39,596 nucleotides of DNA. It comes from Oscillospiraceae bacterium (GTDB lineage Bacteria > Bacillota > Clostridia > Oscillospirales > Oscillospiraceae). The stretch lies in contig JAITKI010000033.1 of the NCBI GenBank assembly GCA_031278515.1, positions 1 to 39,596 on the forward strand, written 5' to 3'. The notes beneath the pieces were generated by a model. That model was given only the letters and a program-made list of their open reading frames with translations, was not told where the DNA came from and searched no databases. This document shows, piece by piece, positions 1-8,661 of this stretch. A program made the translations under genes and the position numbers. The first letter of the stretch is position 1; every line of letters begins with the position of its first letter.

Positions 1-133
1 GCTTGTCTCCGAGCGTTTCCCGCGCCGATGCCACGACGGCGCGCGTAATAAAAGAGAGTTGCTCCGGTGTGAAGCGACCGCTGAAAGTCCGTCCGTCTAT
101 GACGCCTTTTATCTTAGCAACGCGCTTCTCCAT
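1..133 (-). CDS. hypothetical protein, N-terminal fragment (gene leaves the window at position 1)
   Basis: ATG at 133-131 (minus) follows GGAAAGGAG about 11 nt upstream. It reads MEKRVAKIKGVIDGRTFSGRFTPEQLSFITRAVVASARETLGDK and stays open to position 1. It is not in the ORF track because there is no stop in the window. Confidence 0.3.
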   Translation of the reverse strand, partial: MEKRVAKIKGVIDGRTFSGRFTPEQLSFITRAVVASARETLGDK

Positions 134-174
134 CCGCCGCCATCTCCTTTCCCGCTTTTTTCGCCAGCATCGCT

Positions 175-203
175 ATCATACCATTTTTACCGTGGGGTTT
201 CAA
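175..203 (-). promoter_or_regulatory. sigma-70-like promoter for the partial gene at 1-133
   Basis: On the minus strand: TTGAAA (198-203), 17-nt spacer, TATGAT (175-180). Confidence 0.35.
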
Positions 204-486
204 CTGAAAATACCGATGTATGTTTCCGTTTCCACCGTCGGAGGTTCGTCAACGATCTCCCCGCTTTCGTTCCGGTGTATAGTCATTCGCTCCCTTATCG
301 CCATGCCCACGCCGGCCACCTCCGGCCATTCTTCGTTTAATATGCAGGCTGGGTCGTTCCATATACACGCTCCTTATTGCAGCTTTCGGCCTTTTTCCGC
401 CTCTTCCTCTTTTTTTATGCGATTGCCCTGATTTTGTCCCGGGGAGAAACGACTCTTTTCCGCCCGTTTCGCTCCCGGGCGCCGCG

Positions 487-1179
487 TCAGTCGCAGATTT
501 TTTGCGGCGTGAAATTGATGTAATCCGCCGATATCATGCGGTAGTCTATGCCGTCCACGCACCCCTGCACGGCGTAGTTGTGTCCGTACCCGTGTATGTG
601 ACCGTACCAACACCGCCTGACTCCGTGCGCGAGCATGACGTCTATGAGTTCCCTGCACCGGAGCCCGCGGAATATGGGCGGGTAGTGGAGAAAACAGAGC
701 TTCTCGGTCGCGTCTCCCGCCGCCTCAAGGGACAGATTGAGCCTGTTGGCCTCGCGGCGCACCATCATGTCGTTACGCGCCGCGTCGGCCTTGTTCTCAA
801 TAGTCCACCCGCGCGAGCCGCAAATCGCCATGTCGCCGTAATAGAAACAATTGTTGGACAGAATCTGTATGCCGGAAAGGTCGTGAAGCGCGAAAAACGC
901 GTCCATTTTCGCAATCGTAGACCACCAGTGGTCGTGGTTGCCCTTGAGCGCGATCTTTTTACCCGGCAGATTTGATATGAATCTGAAGTCGCTGACGCTC
1001 GTTTTGAGCGACGACGCCCAGGACAGGTCGCCGCACAGTACGCACACGTCGTCAGGCGTCAGCTTCTCAAACCCCGCCTTAATTCTATTTACATAGTCGT
1101 CCCATCCCTGCCCGAAGGCATCCATCGGCTTGTCGCTCTCCAGTGACAGATGCAGGTCTCCTATTACATACAGCGCCAT
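487..1179 (-). CDS. calcineurin-like metallophosphoesterase
   Basis: ORF 487-1314 trimmed to the ATG at 1179 (MALYVIGDLHLS...). Phosphoesterase motifs GDLH, GDLSW, GNHD and GHIHG are present in order. Confidence 0.8.
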   Translation of the reverse strand: MALYVIGDLHLSLESDKPMDAFGQGWDDYVNRIKAGFEKLTPDDVCVLCGDLSWASSLKTSVSDFRFISNLPGKKIALKGNHDHWWSTIAKMDAFFALHDLSGIQILSNNCFYYGDMAICGSRGWTIENKADAARNDMMVRREANRLNLSLEAAGDATEKLCFLHYPPIFRGLRCRELIDVMLAHGVRRCWYGHIHGYGHNYAVQGCVDGIDYRMISADYINFTPQKICD

Positions 1180-1334
1180 GCGGCAAATTCTTCCCTTCCT
1201 TGAGTGACGTCGCGGCTTAGCCGCGCGCGACGAATAATACGCGGCGCGCGCGCAGATAATAGCAGCGGCGCCGAGGGACGCTCCGTCCGCGGCGGAGACT
1301 CCCGATACGGGCAAAATAACATGGAGGTACTACC

Positions 1335-1589
1335 ATGAACGGCAGCAACAACAGCTACGGCAAAAACTCAAACGGCAGGACTAACGCCGGAAACGGCGGC
1401 GCCGGCAACTGCCGGAGCGACAGGAACAGCGGCGGCAAGAACACCGTCGGCAGCGGCAAGGGCAGTTCCGGAAACAGCGGGAAGAACCACGCCGAGCGCC
1501 CGTGCGGCAAGAACGCCGTCGGCGGTCAGGACGCCAAACCGGACTGCGGGCAAGCGAACTCAAGCAGCGTGAACGGACCGGCCAGGTAG
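1335..1589 (+). CDS. small Gly/Asn/Ser-rich hypothetical protein
   Basis: GGAGG at 1323-1327 lies 7 nt before ATG 1335. The 84-aa product is low-complexity with a recurring GKN motif. No family recognised; it could be a chance ORF in GC-rich DNA. Confidence 0.35.
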   Translation: MNGSNNSYGKNSNGRTNAGNGGAGNCRSDRNSGGKNTVGSGKGSSGNSGKNHAERPCGKNAVGGQDAKPDCGQANSSSVNGPAR

Positions 1590-1635
1590 CAAATCGCCGG
1601 ACGGGGCCGCCGTATCGCGCAGCTGTCTCGCGCCG

Positions 1636-2715
1636 CTACGCGGTATCGCGGCCCTCCAGGTGAAGGATTCGCCCAAAGTCCAGTATCGCGTCATTTCTGC
1701 CGTCGGAGCGGAAGTCCACGTCGTACAGGAGAGACGCCCACCGTATCACGGCGTCAAGCGTCTCCGTATTGATTCCGGCGTACTTACCGGCGCAGCTGAC
1801 CGGTACGCAGCCCGTCCTGATGTCCTCAAAGACGTAGCGCGTGTCGATGTCTGTCGGCGCGAGGACGTTTTTGTACGCGTCGGTGCCTTGAATGAGTTCG
1901 TAGAGCGTGTTCCCGCGCGAGCCGTAACAGGCGCGAAGCCAGCCGCCCGCGCCCTCCACGTCGGCCCCGAACGCGCGCGCCACCGCGACGCGCTCCGCGT
2001 CCATTTTTTCAAGTATACCCGCGACAAGCGGCGATATACCGTCGATGTAGAACAGGAAATCCTCCTTCGCCTCCACGCGCGTTATATTCATCAAAATCGG
2101 TATGGGGTGAAATATCATTCCGATGTTGGAAAACCCCGTGTGCAGGACGCTCCCGGCGGGGACAATCGAATCGAAGTATTCGGACAGCGTCCGCGCAATC
2201 TGCCGCGTCGTCCCCCCGTACCCCCTGTGCGCCGCGACCAGCACGGTGTTCTTCATCTTGTAGATTACCGGTCTGCCGATGACGGCGCTGCGGCACGTGA
2301 ACACGAAGGTGTCCGTCTCGCCCAGGGCGATGTCGGCGGCGCAGCCGTTCTCGCGCAGTGTTTTTTCAAACGCGTACGTTCCAAACGTGCGGCCCGGATT
2401 CAATATGACGCTCTGCCCGTCCGCCAGGTGGGGCGCCATAGCCGCTCCGACCACGTGGTGGTACTGCGCGGGCGTTGTGACCATGATGAGATACGCGCCG
2501 CGCACCACTTCCTCCATGTCTCGGCTTATCAGGGCGACAGACGTCGTCCCCTCGACAGCGCCGCTCAGAGTGAAGCGGTTGTCGGCGAACATATCGACGC
2601 GCTCCTGATCGCGCGCGTACAGCGCGACCTCGTGTCCTTTGAGAGAGAAGTACGCCGCCAGGGCCTGCCCTCCGTTACCCGTGCTTATGACGGCAATTTT
2701 CCGGCGCCCGCTCAT
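1636..2715 (-). CDS. NAD(P)-dependent opine (octopine/nopaline) dehydrogenase-family oxidoreductase
   Basis: ORF trimmed to ATG 2715 (MSGRRKIAVISTGNGGQALAAYF...), with an N-terminal Rossmann GxGxxG/A motif. The start overlaps the upstream stop as ATGA (2712-2715), which suggests translational coupling. Confidence 0.7.
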   Translation of the reverse strand: MSGRRKIAVISTGNGGQALAAYFSLKGHEVALYARDQERVDMFADNRFTLSGAVEGTTSVALISRDMEEVVRGAYLIMVTTPAQYHHVVGAAMAPHLADGQSVILNPGRTFGTYAFEKTLRENGCAADIALGETDTFVFTCRSAVIGRPVIYKMKNTVLVAAHRGYGGTTRQIARTLSEYFDSIVPAGSVLHTGFSNIGMIFHPIPILMNITRVEAKEDFLFYIDGISPLVAGILEKMDAERVAVARAFGADVEGAGGWLRACYGSRGNTLYELIQGTDAYKNVLAPTDIDTRYVFEDIRTGCVPVSCAGKYAGINTETLDAVIRWASLLYDVDFRSDGRNDAILDFGRILHLEGRDTA

Positions 2716-4397
2716 ATCGCGGCTCCGACTTTCGCGCCGGCGCTCCACGACGCGCGGGCCTCCCCCTCCCCGGCAAGTCTCCCGAGCCGCTCGCGCTCGC
2801 TCATGGGAGCGCCGGAATCGCCGTTCCAGGCGAGGCACTTGCCGTCTACGACGCGCGTCCGGACGGCGTCTCCGCCGCGCCGGACGATGTGGGGCGCGTC
2901 CAGTATCCCGCGCCTGACGCAGTCCTCTATGACGGCGGCGTCCCCCAACGGATCCGAACTGACGGACGCGTACTCGCCGACTATGAATCCCAGCAGATAT
3001 TCCGCCTCGCGCACGAGCTCATCGCGCCGCTCTCCCACGCGCGGGTCCGCGACGCCGGAGACATTTCCGAACAGCGTGGAGCGCACAACACCCCTCACTA
3101 TGCCGCAGCTCTCTATGACGACAGCCGGCGTCGCGGCAAACACCGCCTCGCTGTATCCGACGACATGGATTATATGCGGACGCACATTCATGGCGAGCGC
3201 CGTCGAAGCGGCGAGCTGCCCTTTCGCAACGTCCGGGTCGCCACTCAGAAACGGCAGTCCGGCGCGCACCTCGCGGTACACGCGGAAATCGCCGCCGGAG
3301 AGCGATTCCGTCATTTTTATCTGCGCCGTCACCTTGGCCAGATCCATCGCGAAGCTCAGTGAGTTGGGTATGTTAAACATATATTGCGACACATAATCGC
3401 GCGCGCCGTATTTTCTGGCGTTATACGCGCTTATATACGACATCGCGACGGAAATGACATCGTGCGCGTCGCGCAGTCCCCAGTGGTGCGGCTCATTGAC
3501 CTCGACGGGTACGTTTTTGGCGCCGTGGAACGCGATAAGGCGCTGCGCGTCCTCTATGGACTCGCGGAGCGTCCTCGCGCCGCGCCCGTCCATCTCGTTA
3601 TACCAGCACAGCGGCACGGCGCACCAGGCGTTTTGGATGGCGCCGAGCAGCATTTCCCCGAAAGGCATGACGTCCGCCGTGCCGCTGTAGCAACGCATGA
3701 GCGGAAAGTTGCCGCGCTGCGACGCCAGCTTCAGGCGCCGGAATTCTTCCTCCGTGCGCACAGGCGCGCCGCCCGCGCCCTCCAGTCGTTCGTCGCGCGA
3801 AGACGGCCTGAAAAAATACTGCTGCGTGTTCTGGTCGATGCCGAGTGAGATAACGTCGAGCGCGCGCGATTCGGCCAGTTCCTCCACCCCGCGCAGAGTG
3901 TCCTCGTAGGACGGCAGCCCGAAGTGGTGGCGCAGCAGCGGATACGGCCGCTTTTGAGCTATGCGCTCCGTCAGGCCGCGCGCGAAATACTCGGGCGAAC
4001 CGCCGCCCGGCAGCGCGCCGTGTCGCAGAAACGCTATCGAGTCGTCGATGTCGTCCGTGCCGTCGAAAATGACGTCGAAGAAACCGAGTTCCCGCACGCG
4101 TTCGGCGACGGGCGGCGTGCAGCCGAACGCCCACACCGGCTGTTTTGGGAGCGCGCGTCCCAGCTCCATCAGTTCGGACACCAGAGATAGCCCGCTGTCC
4201 GGCGTCAGCCGGTATCCGACAGAGACAATCTCCGGATCCAACTCGCGGACGCGCTCTATCACCTCCGCCGGCTTCACGGCTGGTCCCAAAAACATGACCG
4301 AGTACCCCTCGTCCCGCGCCAGGTCGAGAAAATGCACCGCCCCCGCGACATGTACGCAGTTACCCAGCGACGCCGCTATGACAAGCCCTTTAGCCAT
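2712..4397 (-). CDS. B12-binding-like (flavodoxin-fold) domain fused to a large TIM-barrel-like domain; function unknown
   Basis: ATG 4397 with GGGAGGTG 7 nt upstream. The N-terminus MAKGLVIAASLGNCVHVAGAVHFLDLARDEGYSVMFLGP resembles cobalamin-binding domains but lacks a canonical DxHxxG (it reads CVHVAG). 561 aa. Confidence 0.7.
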   Translation of the reverse strand: MAKGLVIAASLGNCVHVAGAVHFLDLARDEGYSVMFLGPAVKPAEVIERVRELDPEIVSVGYRLTPDSGLSLVSELMELGRALPKQPVWAFGCTPPVAERVRELGFFDVIFDGTDDIDDSIAFLRHGALPGGGSPEYFARGLTERIAQKRPYPLLRHHFGLPSYEDTLRGVEELAESRALDVISLGIDQNTQQYFFRPSSRDERLEGAGGAPVRTEEEFRRLKLASQRGNFPLMRCYSGTADVMPFGEMLLGAIQNAWCAVPLCWYNEMDGRGARTLRESIEDAQRLIAFHGAKNVPVEVNEPHHWGLRDAHDVISVAMSYISAYNARKYGARDYVSQYMFNIPNSLSFAMDLAKVTAQIKMTESLSGGDFRVYREVRAGLPFLSGDPDVAKGQLAASTALAMNVRPHIIHVVGYSEAVFAATPAVVIESCGIVRGVVRSTLFGNVSGVADPRVGERRDELVREAEYLLGFIVGEYASVSSDPLGDAAVIEDCVRRGILDAPHIVRRGGDAVRTRVVDGKCLAWNGDSGAPMSERERLGRLAGEGEARASWSAGAKVGAAI

Positions 4398-4474
4398 TCA
4401 AAGTCACCTCCCGGCCGCTTCGCGGCAAATATTTATTCCGGCACCCGGGGTTATACCCGGTTCGGCGTCAACCT

Positions 4475-6364
4475 TCACTTCCTCTTGAAGCCCCTGTCGA
4501 GCGCGGACGCGGAGATCTCCATCGCCACCGGCCGCCCGTGGGGGCAATAGCGCACCTCTCCGGAGAACACGCGCCCGGCCAGCGCCTCAAGCTCTCTCAT
4601 GTCGTGCCGGCGCCCCGATTTGACCGCGGCCTTGCACGCCACCGTCCGCAGCGCGGCGTCGCGCCGCGACTCCGTGTCCGCGCCGCCCCCGCTCCGCAGC
4701 TGCTCGCATATCTCCTCAAGCGCCGTCGCCGCGTCGCCGACATCGATGTCCGAGGGGATGGCGCGCGCCGCTACGGCGTTCCCGCCGAAGCTCTCAATCT
4801 CAAACCCGAGCCGCGCGAGCATCTCCGCGTTCTCCAGAAGCAGCGCCGCGTCCTGCGCGCCGTACTCGCGGATTACAGGCGACAAGAGCGCCTGCGACAT
4901 CACAACGCCGCTCTCCGCCTTGAGCCTGTCGAAGTGTACGCGCTCGTGAGCCGCGTGCTTGTCTATCAGCCACAGGGCGTCCTCGCGCTCGGCGACTATA
5001 TATGTGTTCAGCGCCTCCCCTATGACCCTGTACCCCGCGCGCCGCGCCATCCCCGGCAGCTCCGCGTCGCCGGACTCGTCCGCCGCGGGGATTCCTAACT
5101 GCTCGCCCGGACGTCCGTAAGCGCCCGTCGCTTCGTCCACAGACGCGCGCCACGCCACGCCGCCGGGCGCGGCGCCCCTCGCGCCGCCTCGCGCCGCATC
5201 CGTCTTTCTGAACTCGTCCGCCTTTACCGTCCGGAAAAACTTCTGATCCTCGCGCGGCGGCGAGGGCGTCCCGCGCGCGGCGGCGTACGGCGCGGCCGTT
5301 TCCCGCTCCTGCGGCGCGGGACGGAAGTCCGCCTCCGGGCGCGGGCGCCCCGCCACGACGGCCGCCGCGCCGCCCTCTCCGCGCTCGAGCGCGGAAAGGG
5401 CGGCGTAGTGGACGCTGTCAAACACCTGCTTTTCGTACAGGAATTTTACTTCTGTCTTTGCCGGGTGGACGTTCACATCAACGAGATGCGCGCCCATCGT
5501 TATGTACAGCACGCACGCCGGGAAGCGCCCGGTGAACAGGGAGTTGCGGTACGCCTGTTCGAGCGCCGCCTGGAGCAGCTTCGACTTGACGCAGCGTCCG
5601 TTGACGAAAAAATACTGGTGTCCGCGATTGCCGCGCGCAGCCCCGGGCGTCGAGACAAATCCGGACGTCTCGACGCCGTCTCCCGATGAGGAGCATTTCA
5701 TGAGACCGCCCGCGAACTCGCGTCCGAAAAGCGTGTACACGCACGATTCCGCCCGGCCGTCGCCCGGCGTATGGCGCTCCTCCTTGCCGTCCTTGATATA
5801 CTTGACAGATACGTCCGGGCGCCCCAGCGCGCACGAGACGACGGCGGCCGACACGCCGGCCCCCTCCGCCCTGTCTGTCTTCATGAATTTCAATCGCGCG
5901 GGGGTGTTGAAAAACAGGTCGCGCACGATGATGGTTGTACCCTCGGGGCAACCCGCGGGCGACCGCTCCCCCGCCGCGCCCGCCTCGAGCGCCAGTGAGA
6001 CGCCCTCGCCCTCTCCGCGTTGGCGCGTTGTGAGCTCCACGCGCGATACGGACGCAATCGCCGCCAGCGCCTCTCCTCTGAACCCAAGCGTGCCGATGGC
6101 CTCCAGATCCCGCTCGCTGCGAAGTTTGCTGGTCGCGTGGCGCAAAAACGCCGTCTTTACATCCTCCCCGGCTATGCCGCACCCGTCGTCGGTTACGCGT
6201 ATGTAACTCATTCCTCCGTTTTTTATCTCGACTGTCATCGCCGCGGCACCCGCGTCTATCGCGTTCTCCATCAACTCTTTAACGACTGAGGACGGCCTCT
6301 CGACGACCTCTCCCGCCGCTATAAGATCCGCGACGTGCGGGTCCAGCTCAATAATCCTTGCCAA
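4475..6364 (-). CDS. mutL: DNA mismatch repair protein MutL
   Basis: N-terminal GHKL ATPase signature MARIIELDPHVADLIAAGEVVERPSSVVKELMENAIDAGA, and a C-terminal dimerisation/endonuclease region. The start codon appears to be TTG at 6364. Confidence 0.95.
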   Translation of the reverse strand: MARIIELDPHVADLIAAGEVVERPSSVVKELMENAIDAGAAAMTVEIKNGGMSYIRVTDDGCGIAGEDVKTAFLRHATSKLRSERDLEAIGTLGFRGEALAAIASVSRVELTTRQRGEGEGVSLALEAGAAGERSPAGCPEGTTIIVRDLFFNTPARLKFMKTDRAEGAGVSAAVVSCALGRPDVSVKYIKDGKEERHTPGDGRAESCVYTLFGREFAGGLMKCSSSGDGVETSGFVSTPGAARGNRGHQYFFVNGRCVKSKLLQAALEQAYRNSLFTGRFPACVLYITMGAHLVDVNVHPAKTEVKFLYEKQVFDSVHYAALSALERGEGGAAAVVAGRPRPEADFRPAPQERETAAPYAAARGTPSPPREDQKFFRTVKADEFRKTDAARGGARGAAPGGVAWRASVDEATGAYGRPGEQLGIPAADESGDAELPGMARRAGYRVIGEALNTYIVAEREDALWLIDKHAAHERVHFDRLKAESGVVMSQALLSPVIREYGAQDAALLLENAEMLARLGFEIESFGGNAVAARAIPSDIDVGDAATALEEICEQLRSGGGADTESRRDAALRTVACKAAVKSGRRHDMRELEALAGRVFSGEVRYCPHGRPVAMEISASALDRGFKRK

Positions 6365-6403
6365 CCTCTCCCCTGCCTTTCCTGCGCGACGGATCCTAAA
6401 GTC

Positions 6404-7465
6404 TCATCTGTACATGCGCGCGAGTCCTTTTACGTTTATCGGATCGACATCCATTACGGCGATATCCCCGGCCGTACACTCGATATTGGTCACGTCCGCG
6501 AGCGTGTGCATAAGTCCCACGTCGCCGAGCACATGCGCGCGCTGACCGTTGATCTTCACGCTAAGGCGCCGCGAGCGGCGCAGCACGTCGGACAGGCGCG
6601 GTCTGCTCCTGCGGAAGCCGACGCCGAAGCCGTGGTAGTACCCCACCGACATGACCGCTATCTTGGTCGGCTTACCAAGCGTGACGCCGTGTTCGCCCCC
6701 TATGCTGTGTCCTTTTTGAAACCATCCTACTTCCTCAATGCCCGCCTCGATGAAGCCGACCTTGCCGAGGCCCGGTATCGCCTTGCCCGGCACCCGCCCG
6801 CTCAGCGCTTCCCCGACGCGCACCGCGTCCATCATTCCGAAATCGTACCGAAACAGCGCGGCGCTGTCGCAGGCGTGCGCCGGCCCCGGCTCAAAGCCCA
6901 TGTCGGTGAGCTTGTCCAGCACGCCGTTGAAGGCGTCGAGCTGCTCCAGCGTGAGCTTCCGGCTTTTCCACGACGCCGAAAACGTCGTAAACGTACCCGT
7001 CACCACAATGCTGGACAGATATTTGTATATGGACGCTATCCGCTCCGTTTCAGTGGGCATGAATCCGTAACGTCCCAGCCCCGTGTCGATTTTAATCTGC
7101 ACTTCCGCGACGGTACCCCGCAACTCGGCGATGCCGTTTATCGCAACGGCCGCGTCATATGAGCCGACTGTGCATATCACGCCGAGATCGATGAGTTTTG
7201 TCAATTCGTCCTGGTCCGCCGTACTCCTGAGCATCATCAGGCGCTCTTCGGTCATACCCTGCTTACGGAGCGCGTCGGCGTCGCCGGGGTCGGACACGGC
7301 AAAGCTGCGTATCCCCTCGTCGCGCAGGAGACGCGCCGTCTCTATGAGGCCCATCCCGTAGGCGTTCGCGCTCAAGTCGCCGTAAATCTCGACGCCGCCC
7401 GCGCGCTCTTTCGCCATCCGCAGATTGTTGCGCATGACGCGTCTGTCAATAACAAGATATTTCAT
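6404..7465 (-). CDS. alanine-racemase-fold protein lacking the PLP-binding lysine
   Basis: ORF trimmed to ATG 7465 (MKYLVIDRR...). The alanine racemase N-terminal signature reads DLSANAYGMG where Alr has VVKANAYGHG. The Ser32 codon AGC lies at 7370-7372. Confidence 0.75.
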   Translation of the reverse strand: MKYLVIDRRVMRNNLRMAKERAGGVEIYGDLSANAYGMGLIETARLLRDEGIRSFAVSDPGDADALRKQGMTEERLMMLRSTADQDELTKLIDLGVICTVGSYDAAVAINGIAELRGTVAEVQIKIDTGLGRYGFMPTETERIASIYKYLSSIVVTGTFTTFSASWKSRKLTLEQLDAFNGVLDKLTDMGFEPGPAHACDSAALFRYDFGMMDAVRVGEALSGRVPGKAIPGLGKVGFIEAGIEEVGWFQKGHSIGGEHGVTLGKPTKIAVMSVGYYHGFGVGFRRSRPRLSDVLRRSRRLSVKINGQRAHVLGDVGLMHTLADVTNIECTAGDIAVMDVDPINVKGLARMYR

Positions 7466-7555
7466 GGCCGGGCTCTGCCCCCTGTTTCCATAATTTCCCG
7501 CGATCACGCCGACTTTTTTTCGTCCGCCGGAAATGCCTCTCCGCCGGATTTCCGT

Positions 7556-7584
7556 ATTATACACGATTTTTGCGATATCGACAA
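7556..7584 (-). promoter_or_regulatory. sigma-70-like promoter (part of hairpin-promoter cassette copy 1) facing the alr-like gene
   Basis: On the minus strand: TTGTCG (7579-7584), 17-nt spacer, TATAAT (7556-7561). The -35 begins 23 nt after the hairpin. Confidence 0.45.
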
Positions 7585-7607
7585 CATGACTGTCGCCGGA
7601 CGAATTG

Positions 7608-7669
7608 CGTTTGTCACGGCCGGAGCCGTGACAAACGAGTCACGGGAGCTTGGATCTCGCCGCGCGCGG
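7608..7669 (-). repeat. hairpin repeat copy 1 (stem CGTTTGTCACGGC / GCCGTGACAAACG) plus conserved 32-nt tail
   Basis: 13-bp perfect stem 7608-7620 / 7625-7637 with loop CGGA. The tail AGTCACGGGAGCTTGGATCTCGCCGCGCGCGG (7638-7669) matches the reverse complement of 16162-16193 with 3 mismatches. Confidence 0.8.
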
Positions 7670-7709
7670 GCGTACGCGCGGTTGCGCCCCAGCGGTTGCT
7701 TTCCAGATT

Positions 7710-7738
7710 TTGACTTGCGAAAAATTTTGTGCTATTAT
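7710..7738 (+). promoter_or_regulatory. sigma-70-like promoter upstream of the MerR-family gene
   Basis: TTGACT (7710-7715), 17-nt spacer, TATTAT (7733-7738), with TG at -15/-14 (extended -10). Confidence 0.45.
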
Positions 7739-7851
7739 GTCGGTATTATCCATATAGTACATAATCGCGGCGGGTGGTGTGACGGTCCCGCTTGCCGTGG
7801 AGGAGCGCGGCGCGCCGGGCGGCCGCTCCGGGAAAGGAACTGAAACGCTCA

Positions 7852-8661
7852 ATGAATACCGAACTGCTGTCAATAAGCGAGCTCGCGAAATTTTCAAGGG
7901 TGTCGAGAACCGCGCTGATCCATTACGACAAGGTGGGTCTCGTGAAACCCATAGCCAGAGGCGACAACAACTACCGGCATTACTCGGACGAGCATATAGC
8001 GCTGGTAAACCTGGTTCGGACTCTGCAGCATCTGGGCATGTCCCTCAAGGAGATAACATTCGTGGCGCAGCATCGCACGCCGGAAAGCATTATGAAGCTC
8101 TTCAATGAGCAGATAGTGAATATAGACCGCGACATAATGTCGCTGGCCAACGCGCGCAAACTCATGGAAAACATGATAAGCGTGATAGACGACGTAATTG
8201 ACGTCGACGAGGACAAGATATATCTGGAACGGCTGCCGGAGGAGCGCATTTTTTTGGGGCCGGACAACGACTACTCAAACGGCAGAACGCTGAATACCGC
8301 GCTGCTTGATTTCTACAACTGGTGCAAGGTCTTCGACAGCAGCATGAACCTGAATTACTCCGCGTGGGGAATTTTCTCCGCGGAGAGACTCAAGCGCGGG
8401 GATTGGGTGTGGCCGGACAAATTCTATTTTAACAACCCCGACGGACCCGATATAAAGCCGGAGGGCCTGTATGCGACGGGGTATACCCGCGGCAATTACG
8501 GCGATACCGACAATCTGTACAGGCGCCTCATGGCTTTCATCGCGGAACACAAGCTGAAGCTGACAGGCCCGTCGTTTGAGACGTACCCGCTCAATGAAAT
8601 ATCAATCATGGATCCCTCGAATTACTTAATCCGCGTCTCCATCGCGGTTGAGGAGAACTGA
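7852..8661 (+). CDS. MerR-family transcriptional regulator with C-terminal effector-binding (GyrI/BmrR-like) domain
   Basis: ORF trimmed to ATG 7852. The N-terminal MerR HTH reads LSISELAKFSRVSRTALIHYDKVGLVKPIARGDNNYRHYSDEHI. Confidence 0.85.
   Translation: MNTELLSISELAKFSRVSRTALIHYDKVGLVKPIARGDNNYRHYSDEHIALVNLVRTLQHLGMSLKEITFVAQHRTPESIMKLFNEQIVNIDRDIMSLANARKLMENMISVIDDVIDVDEDKIYLERLPEERIFLGPDNDYSNGRTLNTALLDFYNWCKVFDSSMNLNYSAWGIFSAERLKRGDWVWPDKFYFNNPDGPDIKPEGLYATGYTRGNYGDTDNLYRRLMAFIAEHKLKLTGPSFETYPLNEISIMDPSNYLIRVSIAVEEN

Noticed and set aside
1660-3396. 578-aa plus-strand ORF
   Set aside because: It is antisense to the opine-dehydrogenase-like and B12-domain genes. It is Arg/Ala/Pro-rich with no motifs, the typical shadow ORF of GC-rich coding DNA.
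5478-6206. 234-aa ORFs on both strands inside mutL
   Set aside because: They overlap the well-supported mutL frame. They are Gly/Arg-rich or Ser/Pro-rich off-frame products.
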